The translations under genes were made by a program, and so were the position numbers. Positions 39,510-49,546 of a stretch of DNA of 64,000 nt are shown piece by piece. The DNA lies in contig CAWGAA010000001.1 in the NCBI GenBank assembly GCA_963820525.1, positions 192,001-256,000 on the forward strand, given 5' to 3'. Under the pieces are notes generated by a model. That model ran no database searches, was not told where the DNA came from, and saw only the letters and a program-made list of their open reading frames with translations. Position 1 is the stretch's first letter, and each line of letters opens with the position of its first letter. The stretch comes from an uncultured Spirochaetota bacterium (GTDB lineage: Bacteria > Spirochaetota > Spirochaetia > SZUA-6 > Fen-1364).

Positions 39510-40948
39510 TAAAGGAATACAGGAATGTCCGGGGCCTGGAAGGTCCCCTCATGATCGTGGAGGGGGTCGAGGGAGTGAAGTTCGGAGAGCTTGTGGAAGT
39601 GGAGCTGGGGGACGGAGCTGTGCGCCGCGGCCAGGTCCTGGAATCGAGCGAAGGCAGGGCCCTCGTGCAGCTTTTCGAGTCTCCCCAGGGCATTGCCGCC
39701 ACGCAGGCCACCGTGCGCTTCCTCGCGCGGGGAATGACGGTGCCGGTCTCCCGCGAGCTTCTCGGCCGCATTTTCAACGGCGTCGGCGAGCCGATAGACG
39801 ATGCGGGCATCGTGATTCCCGAGAGACATGTCGACATCAACGGCGCCCCGATCAATCCCTTCAGGAGAGACTACCCCTCCGAGTTCATCCAGACCGGCGT
39901 ATCGGCCATTGACGGCCTTCTTACGCTGGTCCGCGGCCAAAAGCTTCCCATCTTCTCGGGCTCGGGCCTGCCCCACGCGCAACTGGCCGCCCAGATCGCC
40001 CGCCAGTCGCGGACCCTCGGCCATGCAGAACAGTTCGCCGTTGTTTTCGCGGCCATGGGAATAACCTTCGAGGAGGCCAACTTCTTCATCGAGGATCTCA
40101 GGCGGACCGGCGCCATCGAGCGCGCGATCCTGTACATCAACCTGGCGGATGATCCCGTTATCGAAAGGATCGCCATCCCCCGGGTGGCGCTTTCCGCTGC
40201 CGAGTACCTGGCCTTCACCCTCGACATGCACGTCCTGGTCATCCTCACGGACATGACGAACTACTGCGAGGCCCTTCGGGAGATTTCAGCGGCGCGCAAA
40301 GAGGTTCCGGGCAGAAGAGGGTACCCCGGGTACATGTACACCGACCTTTCCACCATCTACGAGCGGGCGGGCAGGATCAAGGGCAAGAAGGGTTCGATCA
40401 CCCAGTTTCCCATCCTCACCATGCCGGAGGACGACAAGACGCATCCCATCCCCGACCTTACGGGGTATATCACCGAAGGCCAGGTCTTCCTCGGCCGTGA
40501 CGTGTACAGGAAAGGAGTGCTGCCCCCCATAAACGTCCTCCCATCACTGTCGCGCCTCATGCAGAAGGGGATCGGGTCCGGAAAGACCCGGGAGGACCAC
40601 TCCGACGTGGCAAACCAGCTCTTCGCCGCGTACGCGCGAGGAGTGGAAGCCAGGGAGCTTTCCGTTGTTCTCGGCGAGGCTGCCCTGACTCCGGCGGACA
40701 GGATCTATGTGAAGTTCGCCGACGAGTTCGAGCAAACCTTCGTCAACCAGGGCTTTACCGAGAACAGAACGATAGAAGAGACCCTGGACATCGGCTGGAA
40801 GCTCCTCGCAATCCTCCCGCGAGGGGAGCTCAAGCGCGTGCGAACCGCGTATATCGAAAAGTACCTCGGCGTCAAGGATCAGGCCGCCGACGCTGCTCTC
40901 CAGGGCGGCGGCAGCGGCGAGACGGCCGCCGCGGGCGCAAGAGCGTAG
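39506..40948 (+). CDS. ntpB: V/A-type ATPase subunit B
   Basis: [40 protein letters not shown]. Confidence 0.98.
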   Translation: MIKEYRNVRGLEGPLMIVEGVEGVKFGELVEVELGDGAVRRGQVLESSEGRALVQLFESPQGIAATQATVRFLARGMTVPVSRELLGRIFNGVGEPIDDAGIVIPERHVDINGAPINPFRRDYPSEFIQTGVSAIDGLLTLVRGQKLPIFSGSGLPHAQLAAQIARQSRTLGHAEQFAVVFAAMGITFEEANFFIEDLRRTGAIERAILYINLADDPVIERIAIPRVALSAAEYLAFTLDMHVLVILTDMTNYCEALREISAARKEVPGRRGYPGYMYTDLSTIYERAGRIKGKKGSITQFPILTMPEDDKTHPIPDLTGYITEGQVFLGRDVYRKGVLPPINVLPSLSRLMQKGIGSGKTREDHSDVANQLFAAYARGVEARELSVVLGEAALTPADRIYVKFADEFEQTFVNQGFTENRTIEETLDIGWKLLAILPRGELKRVRTAYIEKYLGVKDQAADAALQGGGSGETAAAGARA

Positions 40949-40953
40949 CCAAG

Positions 40954-41571
40954 ATGGCGATTCAGGTCAACCCTAACAGGATGGAGCTTCTCCAGCTCAA
41001 GAAGAAGCAGCAGGTGGCAATCAGGGGCCACAAGCTTCTCAAGGACAAGCTGGAGGGCCTCCTTCGGGATTTCTTGCAGATCGTGAGGGCCTACCAGGAG
41101 CTGCGCCACAGGGTCGACGATCAGATCGGCTCCGTGTTCAAGAACCTCATCCTCGCCTCGGCCACCATGCCGCGCGAGGTATTCCTCACAGCCCTGGCAT
41201 TCCCCCAGTGCAGCGCCAGTCTGGAGGTGGAGGAGAGGCTGATCATGAACGTCCGGGTCCCCGCGTTCAGCTTCAAGCTCGAAGGGCGGCTTCTCTCCTA
41301 CGGGCTTGAATCGACCAACGGCGACCTGGATAGTGCCATGGGCGCGGTGCGGCAGGTGCTCGAGAGCATGGTGCGGCTTGCCGAGACGGAAAAAACCATC
41401 GAGCTCGTGGCCTTCGAGATAGAAAAGACGCGCCGGCGCGTGAACGCCCTGGAATACATCCTCATTCCCCAGCAGGAAGAGGCAATCCACTCCATAGAGG
41501 GAAAGCTCGACGAGCTGGAGAGGGGGAACATCACACGGCTGATGAAGTTCAAGCAGCTTCTCGGCATGTGA
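40954..41571 (+). CDS. ntpD: V/A-type ATPase subunit D
   Basis: NPNRMEL, RGHKLLKDK, TRRRVNALE. Confidence 0.97.
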   Translation: MAIQVNPNRMELLQLKKKQQVAIRGHKLLKDKLEGLLRDFLQIVRAYQELRHRVDDQIGSVFKNLILASATMPREVFLTALAFPQCSASLEVEERLIMNVRVPAFSFKLEGRLLSYGLESTNGDLDSAMGAVRQVLESMVRLAETEKTIELVAFEIEKTRRRVNALEYILIPQQEEAIHSIEGKLDELERGNITRLMKFKQLLGM

Positions 41572-41605
41572 GCCCTGGGGGTCCGCGCGTCGAAAGGCGT
41601 AATCC

Positions 41606-42682
41606 ATGAGCGATTCCGAGATACAGAAGAGAAAGACCCGGGCCGTGAAGGTGGGGCGCGTCATCGTCGGAGGCGGCTTCCCTGTGTCCGTCCAGACCAT
41701 GTGGAAGAAAGCGCTCTCACCCGCAGATTTGCCCTCCGTTGTATCCGAGCTTGAGCGGCTTTCCCGGCTGGGATGCGACATCGTGCGCTTTGCCGTTCCT
41801 GACGCTGCCGCGGCCGAGCTCCTCGGCAGGCTCTCCCGTTCCACTGAAATGCCCCTGGTGGCAGACATCCATTTCGACTATCGTCTGGCGCTCAGATGCC
41901 TCGATTTTTCCATTGCCAAGATCAGGATCAACCCGGGCAATATCGGGGAAGAGTGGAAGGTGAGGGAAATGGTGGAGAAGGCGATCGGGCAGGGGATACC
42001 CTTGAGGATCGGAGTCAACGCCGGGTCCCTCCCGAGGAGCCTGGAATCTGAAAAGGACGTTGCCCTTGCCATGCTAAAGGCCGCGGAGCTCGAGATGGAA
42101 GTGATAGAGCGGCTCGGTTTTCGGGATGCCGTCTTCTCGCTCAAATCCTCGGATGTGGAAACCACGCTGCGTGCGAATGCCCTCTTTTCCAAGACATGCG
42201 ATTATCCCCTGCACATCGGGGTTACCGAGGCAGGCCCCCTGATTGCCGGGATCGTCAAGAATACACTCGGAATAACCGGCTTATTGCAGCAGGGAATAGG
42301 GGACACGATCCGTGTCTCGCTCACAAGCCCCTCCGAGGACGAGGTGCTGACAGGACTCGAGATACTGCGGTCCGTGAAGTTGAGAAAAGCCGGCGTGCAG
42401 ATAATCTCTTGCCCGAGATGCGGCAGGTCAAGTTTTGATGTTCAAGGATTTCTTGAAGATGTATCCGAATTCATATACAGCATTCAAAAGCCGCTTACAA
42501 TTGCGGTAATGGGATGCGTTGTCAATGGACCGGGAGAGGCAAAAAAAGCAGATATCGGGATTACAGGCGCTGGCAAATATGCTATTCTTTTTCGACACGG
42601 CGAGATGGTACGAAAGGTGCCCTACAAGGACGCGGTAATGGCGTTCAAGGAAGAGGTGCAAAGGCTATGCGGACCAGATTGA
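41606..42682 (+). CDS. ispG: HMBPP synthase IspG
   Basis: VADIHFDY, RINPGN, HIGVTEAG, CPRCGR, MGCVVNGPGE. Confidence 0.97.
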   Translation: MSDSEIQKRKTRAVKVGRVIVGGGFPVSVQTMWKKALSPADLPSVVSELERLSRLGCDIVRFAVPDAAAAELLGRLSRSTEMPLVADIHFDYRLALRCLDFSIAKIRINPGNIGEEWKVREMVEKAIGQGIPLRIGVNAGSLPRSLESEKDVALAMLKAAELEMEVIERLGFRDAVFSLKSSDVETTLRANALFSKTCDYPLHIGVTEAGPLIAGIVKNTLGITGLLQQGIGDTIRVSLTSPSEDEVLTGLEILRSVKLRKAGVQIISCPRCGRSSFDVQGFLEDVSEFIYSIQKPLTIAVMGCVVNGPGEAKKADIGITGAGKYAILFRHGEMVRKVPYKDAVMAFKEEVQRLCGPD

Positions 42683-43584
42683 TCTCATTCCTTTGTCTGG
42701 GGCTTTGTGGATTTGTTTTCGATGCTTATTGCCAGCCGGTAAAAGCACCGTACTGGCTTCTCTATGAGCAGGGGAATGCTTTCTATTCAAAAAAGGAATA
42801 CGGTGCTGCGCTTCAAAAGTATCAAGAGGCTATTGCGGCTTATGCTTTTTTTCCTGAAGCTGAAATGGCTATAGGCGATGTATATAGGCAGGAGAGCGAG
42901 AGCGATCTCGCTATCAAGCAGTATCAAAAAGCATACAATTTAAAGAATTACTTTTACATTCCTTCCATAAAATATGATGTGCTTTATAGAATTGCAGCAA
43001 TCGATCAAGAGCAGCAGCTCTATAAACAGATGGAAGACTCGCTCATGTCCATTATCAACGAAGATAAAAGCTATAATGAGCCTGTGACATCCAAGCTCAA
43101 GGAGCAGATCGAAGCTAACTACTTTGGCAAGGGCATCGACTATGTTCTACGCCTCTATCGTCTGCCGAACCTCTTTGCTGCAGATGCATATTCGCAGCTG
43201 GGATTGTTCTATTACAGGTCAGGAAGGTTCAGGCAGGCGAACCTCCTTTTGATCTACGCCGTGACCTATAAAATAGGCGAGGCTGGTCGCTTCCTTTCAG
43301 AGCAGGATGTTGACTTTCAGTTTACATCTTTAAGTGATTTCTTACATATTGCAGAAGCGGATAAAACTGTAGCGCAATATCTTACTGAATCTGATGTCTA
43401 CAAGGACTTGTATTACCTTGCGGGCTCAAGCTTCGGCGCTGAATATCCTGCACATTCGATGAGCATCTGGAAGCTCTTATCCCAATCAAAGCTGTCCGGA
43501 AAATACGCTGATCTCTCACGGCGTCAGATCACAGCGCCCTGGATCGAGCCATATCTGCAGCTGCCGCGAACAAAAGGATCTTGA
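42667..43584 (+). CDS. exported TPR protein, AT-rich codons
   Basis: Signal peptide; TPR-like helices (PYWLLYEQGN...). Confidence 0.75.
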   Translation: MRTRLISFLCLGLCGFVFDAYCQPVKAPYWLLYEQGNAFYSKKEYGAALQKYQEAIAAYAFFPEAEMAIGDVYRQESESDLAIKQYQKAYNLKNYFYIPSIKYDVLYRIAAIDQEQQLYKQMEDSLMSIINEDKSYNEPVTSKLKEQIEANYFGKGIDYVLRLYRLPNLFAADAYSQLGLFYYRSGRFRQANLLLIYAVTYKIGEAGRFLSEQDVDFQFTSLSDFLHIAEADKTVAQYLTESDVYKDLYYLAGSSFGAEYPAHSMSIWKLLSQSKLSGKYADLSRRQITAPWIEPYLQLPRTKGS

Positions 43585-43694
43585 GCGACACACTAACTGC
43601 CATCTCAAGGCAATCGGATGTTCCTATTAGTAGACAGAATATATATTATCGGAAGTGAAAGATGTCATGAAATTGAATCGAAGAAGGAGGTAAT

Positions 43695-44726
43695 ATGTCG
43701 TACACCGCGTCAGGAAGCCGCTATGGGTCGATGAAGTACAATCGCTGCGGAAGAAGCGGCCTGCTCCTCCCTGCAGTCTCCCTGGGGCTTTGGAACAACT
43801 TCGGAGGTCCGGCGCCTATTGAAAACATACGTCGGATGATATTCAAGGCATTCGACCTTGGGATAACCCACTTCGATCTTGCCAACAACTATGGGCCGCC
43901 GCCAGGCTCGGCAGAAGAGAACTTTGGAAAGATTCTGGCAAAGGAGCTTTCTAGCTTCAGAGACGAGATGATAATCTCGACCAAGGCCGGATACCTGATG
44001 TGGCCAGGACCATACGGAGAATGGGGCTCTCGGAAGTACATGCTTTCAAGCCTCGACCAGAGTCTCAAGAGGATGGGACTCGAGTACGTGGACATATTCT
44101 ACTCCCACCGCTTCGATCCCCAGACGCCCCTTGAAGAGACCATGGGAGCCCTGGAAAGCGCGATAAAGCAGGGAAAGGCACTTTATGTGGGCATCTCTTC
44201 CTACTCAGCAAAGAAGACCGCAGAAGCTGCCGCAATGCTCTCCTCGATGGGCATCCACTGCCTGATCCATCAGCCGTCCTATTCCATGCTCAACCGCTGG
44301 ATTGAGGGAGGGCTCCTTGACGTGCTGGGCCGCGAGGGAATCGGCTGCATTGCCTTCTCTCCCCTCGCCCAGGGCCTCCTCTCTGACAAATACCTCGGGG
44401 GGATTCCGAAGGGCTCCCGCGCCTCAGAGAAAGAAGGACCTTTCGATAAAGGTTTCCTTACGGAAGGAAACCTGACAAAAGTCCGAGGACTGAACGAAAT
44501 CGCCTCGCGGCGCGGCCAGAGCCTGGCCCAGATGGCCCTTTCCTGGTGCCTCCGGGACCCGCGGGTTACCTCGGTTCTCATAGGAGCAAGCAGCCCTGAG
44601 CAGGTGGAGCAGAACGTCGCGGCCCTCGGAAAGCTTGAATTCTCAGCCCAGGAGCTTTCCCAGATCGACAGATTCGCGACGGAATCCGGGCTCAACCTTT
44701 GGGCTCAGTCCAGCGAGGCCGGCTGA
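43695..44726 (+). CDS. aldo-keto reductase (L-glyceraldehyde 3-phosphate reductase, YghZ/MgrA-like)
   Basis: ITHFDLANNYGPPPGSAE, STKAGY.MWPGPYGEWGSRKY. Confidence 0.9.
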   Translation: MSYTASGSRYGSMKYNRCGRSGLLLPAVSLGLWNNFGGPAPIENIRRMIFKAFDLGITHFDLANNYGPPPGSAEENFGKILAKELSSFRDEMIISTKAGYLMWPGPYGEWGSRKYMLSSLDQSLKRMGLEYVDIFYSHRFDPQTPLEETMGALESAIKQGKALYVGISSYSAKKTAEAAAMLSSMGIHCLIHQPSYSMLNRWIEGGLLDVLGREGIGCIAFSPLAQGLLSDKYLGGIPKGSRASEKEGPFDKGFLTEGNLTKVRGLNEIASRRGQSLAQMALSWCLRDPRVTSVLIGASSPEQVEQNVAALGKLEFSAQELSQIDRFATESGLNLWAQSSEAG

Positions 44727-44798
44727 AACCTGCCGGTGTCAATCTGCGGCCGGATGCTCGGGGAACCGGCTGAGACAGTGTCTGGACCCGGCCGCTCC

Positions 44799-45281
44799 CT
44801 ATACGGCCAGCCTCTTTCGGAAGGCGATCTCACCCGGGACTACGAGCATCTCTTTCCAGAGCCTGGCGGCCCAGAGCTTTCCATGCTCCTCACTCAGCGC
44901 CTTGAAATCGGTCTTTTCGAAGCCCCTGGAGAGGATCAGGCCCACGGACCCGGCGTTGTCCTTCCGTGCGCTGGCGAGCACTTCGCGGGATCCCGAGACC
45001 CTGAAGACCTCCACGGCAGCGTCCAGAAGCGTTCCCCCGATGCCGATGCGGCGCTTCGACCGCGCAACCGCTATGTAGTAGATGTATCCAATACCGCGCG
45101 GGATGTGCTCCAGCATGGAGAGGCCGGCCGCCTCCCCATCGAGCACGGCCCTTTGGACCAGCTCGATCTCCCTGAGGGTCTTCTTCGCGTGCCAGAGGTA
45201 GATGCCCGTGAAACTCTCTTCCAGTATGGAATCGAGGCTTTCCCGAAGCCCTGCCGGCACTTCCTCGATCATGGGGACCAT
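44799..45281 (-). CDS. GNAT N-acetyltransferase
   Basis: IAVARSKRRIGIGGTLL; N..S.GL..SRGF. Confidence 0.85.
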   Translation of the reverse strand: MVPMIEEVPAGLRESLDSILEESFTGIYLWHAKKTLREIELVQRAVLDGEAAGLSMLEHIPRGIGYIYYIAVARSKRRIGIGGTLLDAAVEVFRVSGSREVLASARKDNAGSVGLILSRGFEKTDFKALSEEHGKLWAARLWKEMLVVPGEIAFRKRLAV

Positions 45282-45305
45282 CGTGATGCCCCCGGGCAGC
45301 CTCCC

Positions 45306-45584
45306 CTACCTCGGATAGCTCGCCTTGGAGAGGAGCCAGATCATGAAAAGTGATGTGCCCACCGCGGCAAAGACGTTCACCGAGTTGAAGTCGGAAAGGT
45401 ACTTGATGACGTTCTGGAAGAGCTGGTCGATAAGCCCGCCCACGAAAGATCCGATGAGCCCGACGATCAGGGCGCCCCAGAACTTGCCCAGGATGGGCTT
45501 TCTGAGGATGAAGAAGAAAAAAACGGCGGTTGCCACGCCGATGGTCAGGTACGTCAGCCCAACATTGAAGTAAAAGAACCACAT
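45306..45584 (-). CDS. small membrane protein (GlsB/YeaQ/YmgE-like)
   Basis: ALIVGLIGSFVGG; GAGG RBS. Confidence 0.6.
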   Translation of the reverse strand: MWFFYFNVGLTYLTIGVATAVFFFFILRKPILGKFWGALIVGLIGSFVGGLIDQLFQNVIKYLSDFNSVNVFAAVGTSLFMIWLLSKASYPR

Positions 45585-45602
45585 GGTGTATTGCCTCTCG
45601 TC

Positions 45603-46349
45603 TTATTGGCTGGTGATTATTTGAACATAGCCAAGGTATACTGGTGTTGAGTAGATATCGGTTGTAATATCCTGTTTGCCATAGCTCAAAGCGTAGATTG
45701 CCAGCGTCAGGCCATTGCCAGGTGTTTGCGCAATCGACAGAATCCCCTGGACATCGACGTCAGTGCTTGCATACGTTGGAGGGTCTGAAGGATTTCGACG
45801 AATGAAGAACTTGGGCTGGGTGTACGTTGTGCTGCCGAGCACATTATCGCCGACATTACGTCGAATCCAGTCATTGGCTGCGGGCTGAGTTGGAGCCGTT
45901 GCTCCCGAATAGGTTACAACCGGCTGACTTGTGTCAATATTGCCGTTAAGGCTCACGAAATTTACGGTAATCGCAAAACTCGTTCCCCTGTCCCCAATCT
46001 GAACCGGCAGGAGCGGCTTGTTCACATGGAGATTGCCTGTCGTGGCGCCTGGGTCAAGCGACGAGCAGATCGGCACATACCCGTAGATGTTGCGGAGATC
46101 GCTTTCAAGGGTGTTGCTGGGAACGAGCTGGATCTGGCTCGAGTCGGAATAAAACTTGTAGTACAGCTCGAATCCCCTGAACTCGATCTCATTGTTCGCG
46201 GTCGTTGCCTGGACTGTAAATGTCGGCGTCAAAGACGATGCGAGCCCCGGCGTTCCCGGCGGATTGAGAAACGTCAGAAACTCCAACCCGCAGCCCTGGA
46301 TGAGGAGCGGAATGGCCGCCAGGATCGGGATGACTTTCGAAAGACGCAC
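45603..46349 (-). CDS. lipoprotein, lower GC
   Basis: Lipobox IQGCG; FRGFELYYKFY motif. Confidence 0.7.
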   Translation of the reverse strand: MRLSKVIPILAAIPLLIQGCGLEFLTFLNPPGTPGLASSLTPTFTVQATTANNEIEFRGFELYYKFYSDSSQIQLVPSNTLESDLRNIYGYVPICSSLDPGATTGNLHVNKPLLPVQIGDRGTSFAITVNFVSLNGNIDTSQPVVTYSGATAPTQPAANDWIRRNVGDNVLGSTTYTQPKFFIRRNPSDPPTYASTDVDVQGILSIAQTPGNGLTLAIYALSYGKQDITTDIYSTPVYLGYVQIITSQ

Positions 46350-46361
46350 GGTCCCCTCCCC

Positions 46362-48788
46362 TTACCGCGCCCTCCCCTTGCCGGCAAGCGGCTGGGGAGG
46401 CTGCAGGCCGTCCACGATGTCGATGAGCTCGTAGATAAGGACCGACTTGTTCTTGCCCTTGACGCGGATGTAGTCAAGCTCGCGGGCCACCACCTTGTCC
46501 TTGACCAATTCGTGGGTGTACTCGCTCATGATGATCTTGGTGAAATACAGCTTGTTGACGCCCTCCAGGCGCGCCCCGAGGTTGACATTGTCGCCCGTCA
46601 GCGTGTAGTTCATCCGGCCCAGCGAACCCATGTTTCCGACCGTCATGATTCCGCTGTTGAGCCCGATCCCGATGTCGATGCGTTTCTCCGGAGGCCAGAG
46701 GGCATTGAGCTGGCCCAGCACTTCCATCTGCCTGAGGGCGCACTTGCAGGACAAGAGCGCGTGTTCCGGCTGGGGAAGCGGGGCGCCCCAGAAGCACATG
46801 ATCTCGTCTCCCACGTACTTGTCCAGCGTGCCCTGGTAATCGAGGATGATGTCCGTCATGGCGGAGAGGTACGCGTTCAAGTGGTTGACGAGCTCCTGGG
46901 GGGTCATAATTTCGGAAAGCGTCGTGAAACCGCGGATGTCGGAGAAGAAGACGGTCAGCATCTTGTCCACTCCGCCGAGCTCCGGCGGGTTTTCCAGGAT
47001 TTCCTCCACGACGCTGGGGCTCACGAACTTGCCGAACATGTCGCGGATCCGCCGCTTGTCCTTTTCCTCCGTCATGGTGCGATAGGCGACGACGGCGAGG
47101 AAGCAGAGGATCGAACCGACGATGGGAGACGACATGGTGAGCACGTAGTCGTTCAAGTCGAAAACGAGGATGACGACGAAGAAATACGCGAGGATGGCCA
47201 GCAGTGTGGCCGCCAGGGACCAGTTGGTGGAAAGCCGCGACGCCATGAAGGACGTGAGCATGACAAGGGCGAAAATAACGAGCGCGGTGACCCAGGGGTC
47301 CGCGTAATGGAGGAAGTTGCCCATCAGGATCGTGTTCAGGGCATTGGCGTGGATCTCGACGCCGTACATCAGGCCGAAGGGCGACGGTTTATAGTCTTCG
47401 GCCAGACCCGGAGCGAAGATGCCCACCATGAGGATGAAGTTGGCCACCTTCTTGGTCTGCGGCCACTTCGCGGGGTCCGGGGAAGACTGCGCCGCGGCGT
47501 AGCCGGCGTAGGATCTGATAGGATAGGTCTGTTGTCCGTCCGGATTTGAGCTGGAGGGGTCTCCCATGAAGTTGATGAGCATCGCCCCCCTCTCGTCAAT
47601 GGGGATGCGGATTTCGGGAACCTCGCGGAAGACGCCCGGCGTGACCTGGTTTCCGTCGGCATCGTATTGCGGGGCAATGACCACCTTCTTGTACGGCTCC
47701 CACTGCTGGGTCTCGACGTTGAACTGCTGCGGGGAGGGGATCAGGATGTATTTGCCCAGCACCACCTCGATGTCGGAGAGCTTCTTGTGGAAGTACTCCA
47801 GGGCGAGGGAAAGGGTGATGGCGGGAACGAAGGTGTCCTGGTACTTTCGAACCACGTAGTAATAGCGGTCCGGCTTGTTGTCGTTGTTCGTGTCCTCGGC
47901 CTTGGGAGGGGCGTTCTTCTCCACGTCGCGCTTCAGATCCGAGATGACCCGGGGGGTGAGCGGATAGGCCACCTCGTGGATCTGGCTCTCCTTGTCTTCC
48001 CATGCCAGCCGCTCGAAGTTCGCCCTGTCGATCGGCTCGTTCACCGTGAGCTCATCCAGGGGGATTTCCTTTTCCAGGTGGGCAAGCTTCGATACGAGGT
48101 GCTGCCTCCTGTACACCTTGTCGGCATCCTCGAGGAAGGTCGCGTTTCCGTAGCCGTAGGCCGCCCTCGCGTACGGCTTCAGCGGGGAGAGCACGCTGTT
48201 GAAGGTGGCCACCTTCACCCAATCCCCCGTGACGTTCCGGATCGTTCCCAGCCGGTCGGTGAGAACTTTCTCGCGCGCCACGAAATCGTCCTCGGTTCCC
48301 GGAGCGTAATCGGATTTCTGCAACACGGTTTCGAGGAACACGCGGCCGCTGTCCTTGAAGCTCTCGATGAGCCGCGCGTCGTTTTCCGCGTCCTTGTCCG
48401 GCTCAACGAAGAAAATGTCAATGAAGAGCGCCCTCTCGCGCTCGGCCTGGTTCTTGATATGGCTGAAACCATCGATGAGATCGGCATGCCGGTAGCGGGG
48501 GAACGGCCACTTGCCGAACCTGCTCAGGCTCTTGTCGTCGATGCCGACGATGAGGATCTCGGGAGAGATCTTCGGGTTTCTCTGGACTATGGAGACGCCT
48601 TCCTGGATGCGCGTTCGCTCGAACCGGTTTTTCAGCCTGAAGTTGACGTCGAGGGCCTTCTGCTCCAGGTTCTTGATCAGGTTGGTGCCGAAACTCAGCC
48701 CAGAGAACGCCGCAAAGACAGCCAGCCCGATGACCAGACCGAAGTACCGCGTCTCGATGAAGCGCGTCCAGAATCTCTTCTCCGCCAT
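46362..48788 (-). CDS. CHASE2-domain class III adenylate cyclase
   Basis: IVGIDD...WPFPR, GVEIHAN, 3 TM helices, FSDIRGFT, DKYVGD, GDNVNLGARLEG. Confidence 0.92.
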   Translation of the reverse strand: MAEKRFWTRFIETRYFGLVIGLAVFAAFSGLSFGTNLIKNLEQKALDVNFRLKNRFERTRIQEGVSIVQRNPKISPEILIVGIDDKSLSRFGKWPFPRYRHADLIDGFSHIKNQAERERALFIDIFFVEPDKDAENDARLIESFKDSGRVFLETVLQKSDYAPGTEDDFVAREKVLTDRLGTIRNVTGDWVKVATFNSVLSPLKPYARAAYGYGNATFLEDADKVYRRQHLVSKLAHLEKEIPLDELTVNEPIDRANFERLAWEDKESQIHEVAYPLTPRVISDLKRDVEKNAPPKAEDTNNDNKPDRYYYVVRKYQDTFVPAITLSLALEYFHKKLSDIEVVLGKYILIPSPQQFNVETQQWEPYKKVVIAPQYDADGNQVTPGVFREVPEIRIPIDERGAMLINFMGDPSSSNPDGQQTYPIRSYAGYAAAQSSPDPAKWPQTKKVANFILMVGIFAPGLAEDYKPSPFGLMYGVEIHANALNTILMGNFLHYADPWVTALVIFALVMLTSFMASRLSTNWSLAATLLAILAYFFVVILVFDLNDYVLTMSSPIVGSILCFLAVVAYRTMTEEKDKRRIRDMFGKFVSPSVVEEILENPPELGGVDKMLTVFFSDIRGFTTLSEIMTPQELVNHLNAYLSAMTDIILDYQGTLDKYVGDEIMCFWGAPLPQPEHALLSCKCALRQMEVLGQLNALWPPEKRIDIGIGLNSGIMTVGNMGSLGRMNYTLTGDNVNLGARLEGVNKLYFTKIIMSEYTHELVKDKVVARELDYIRVKGKNKSVLIYELIDIVDGLQPPQPLAGKGRAR

Positions 48789-48827
48789 GCCGAGCCCCCA
48801 GAACGGCCCCAGCCGCCGAATGCGGGG

Positions 48828-49541
48828 TCAATTCCCCGTTTGCTTTATCTTGCCTTCCACCTTCAGGGCAATGATTCTGTTGTTTGCCAGCTTTGTCCAC
48901 CCGCTCTGGGGATAGTCGGACCCGAGCTGCTCATACTTCTTCTGGGCCTGATCGAAGGCGCCTTTCGCCTCGTCGAGGCGGGCCGCATCGAAGAGGGCGC
49001 GGGGGACAATGGCCGAATCTGCGAATCCATCGACAACCTTCATGTACGCGGCCGCGGCGGCGTCCTTGTCACCCTTCTGCTCGAGGCAGACGCCGGCGTC
49101 GAAAAGGGAGATGGGAGCGAGGTAGCTTTCGGGGAAACTCTTGGCTAGCTCCTGGTAGTCTTTGGCCGCCTTTTCCCACTCCTTCTGCTGGTAGAAGAGA
49201 TTGGCCCGCATGAACAGGCTCCGCTCGCCGCCGTACTGGCGGGGATACTTGGCCACGATCTGGTCCACCCGTTCCATGAGCTGTTTCTCGAGGGTGGCCT
49301 TCTTGTCGGCATTGGACTCGGCGGACCACCGATCAAAGAGGTCCTGAGCCTCCTCAGCGGCCATTGTGGAGTCCACGGCGCGCTTTTTGTTCCATTCACT
49401 CCAGCCGAAGTAGCCGATGAGGAAAACCGCGGCAAGGATCAGGACCGTCCACAGCACGTATCGTCCGGTATGGACGAAATGGGCGAGAACCTCGCTCGGT
49501 CTTCTTCTCTCCTGGTCGCCCCTCGCTTGCGTAGGCTCCAT
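48828..49541 (-). CDS. membrane-anchored TPR protein (YfgM-like)
   Basis: Single TM helix followed by TPRs. Confidence 0.75.
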   Translation of the reverse strand: MEPTQARGDQERRRPSEVLAHFVHTGRYVLWTVLILAAVFLIGYFGWSEWNKKRAVDSTMAAEEAQDLFDRWSAESNADKKATLEKQLMERVDQIVAKYPRQYGGERSLFMRANLFYQQKEWEKAAKDYQELAKSFPESYLAPISLFDAGVCLEQKGDKDAAAAAYMKVVDGFADSAIVPRALFDAARLDEAKGAFDQAQKKYEQLGSDYPQSGWTKLANNRIIALKVEGKIKQTGN

Positions 49542-49546
49542 GCGTT

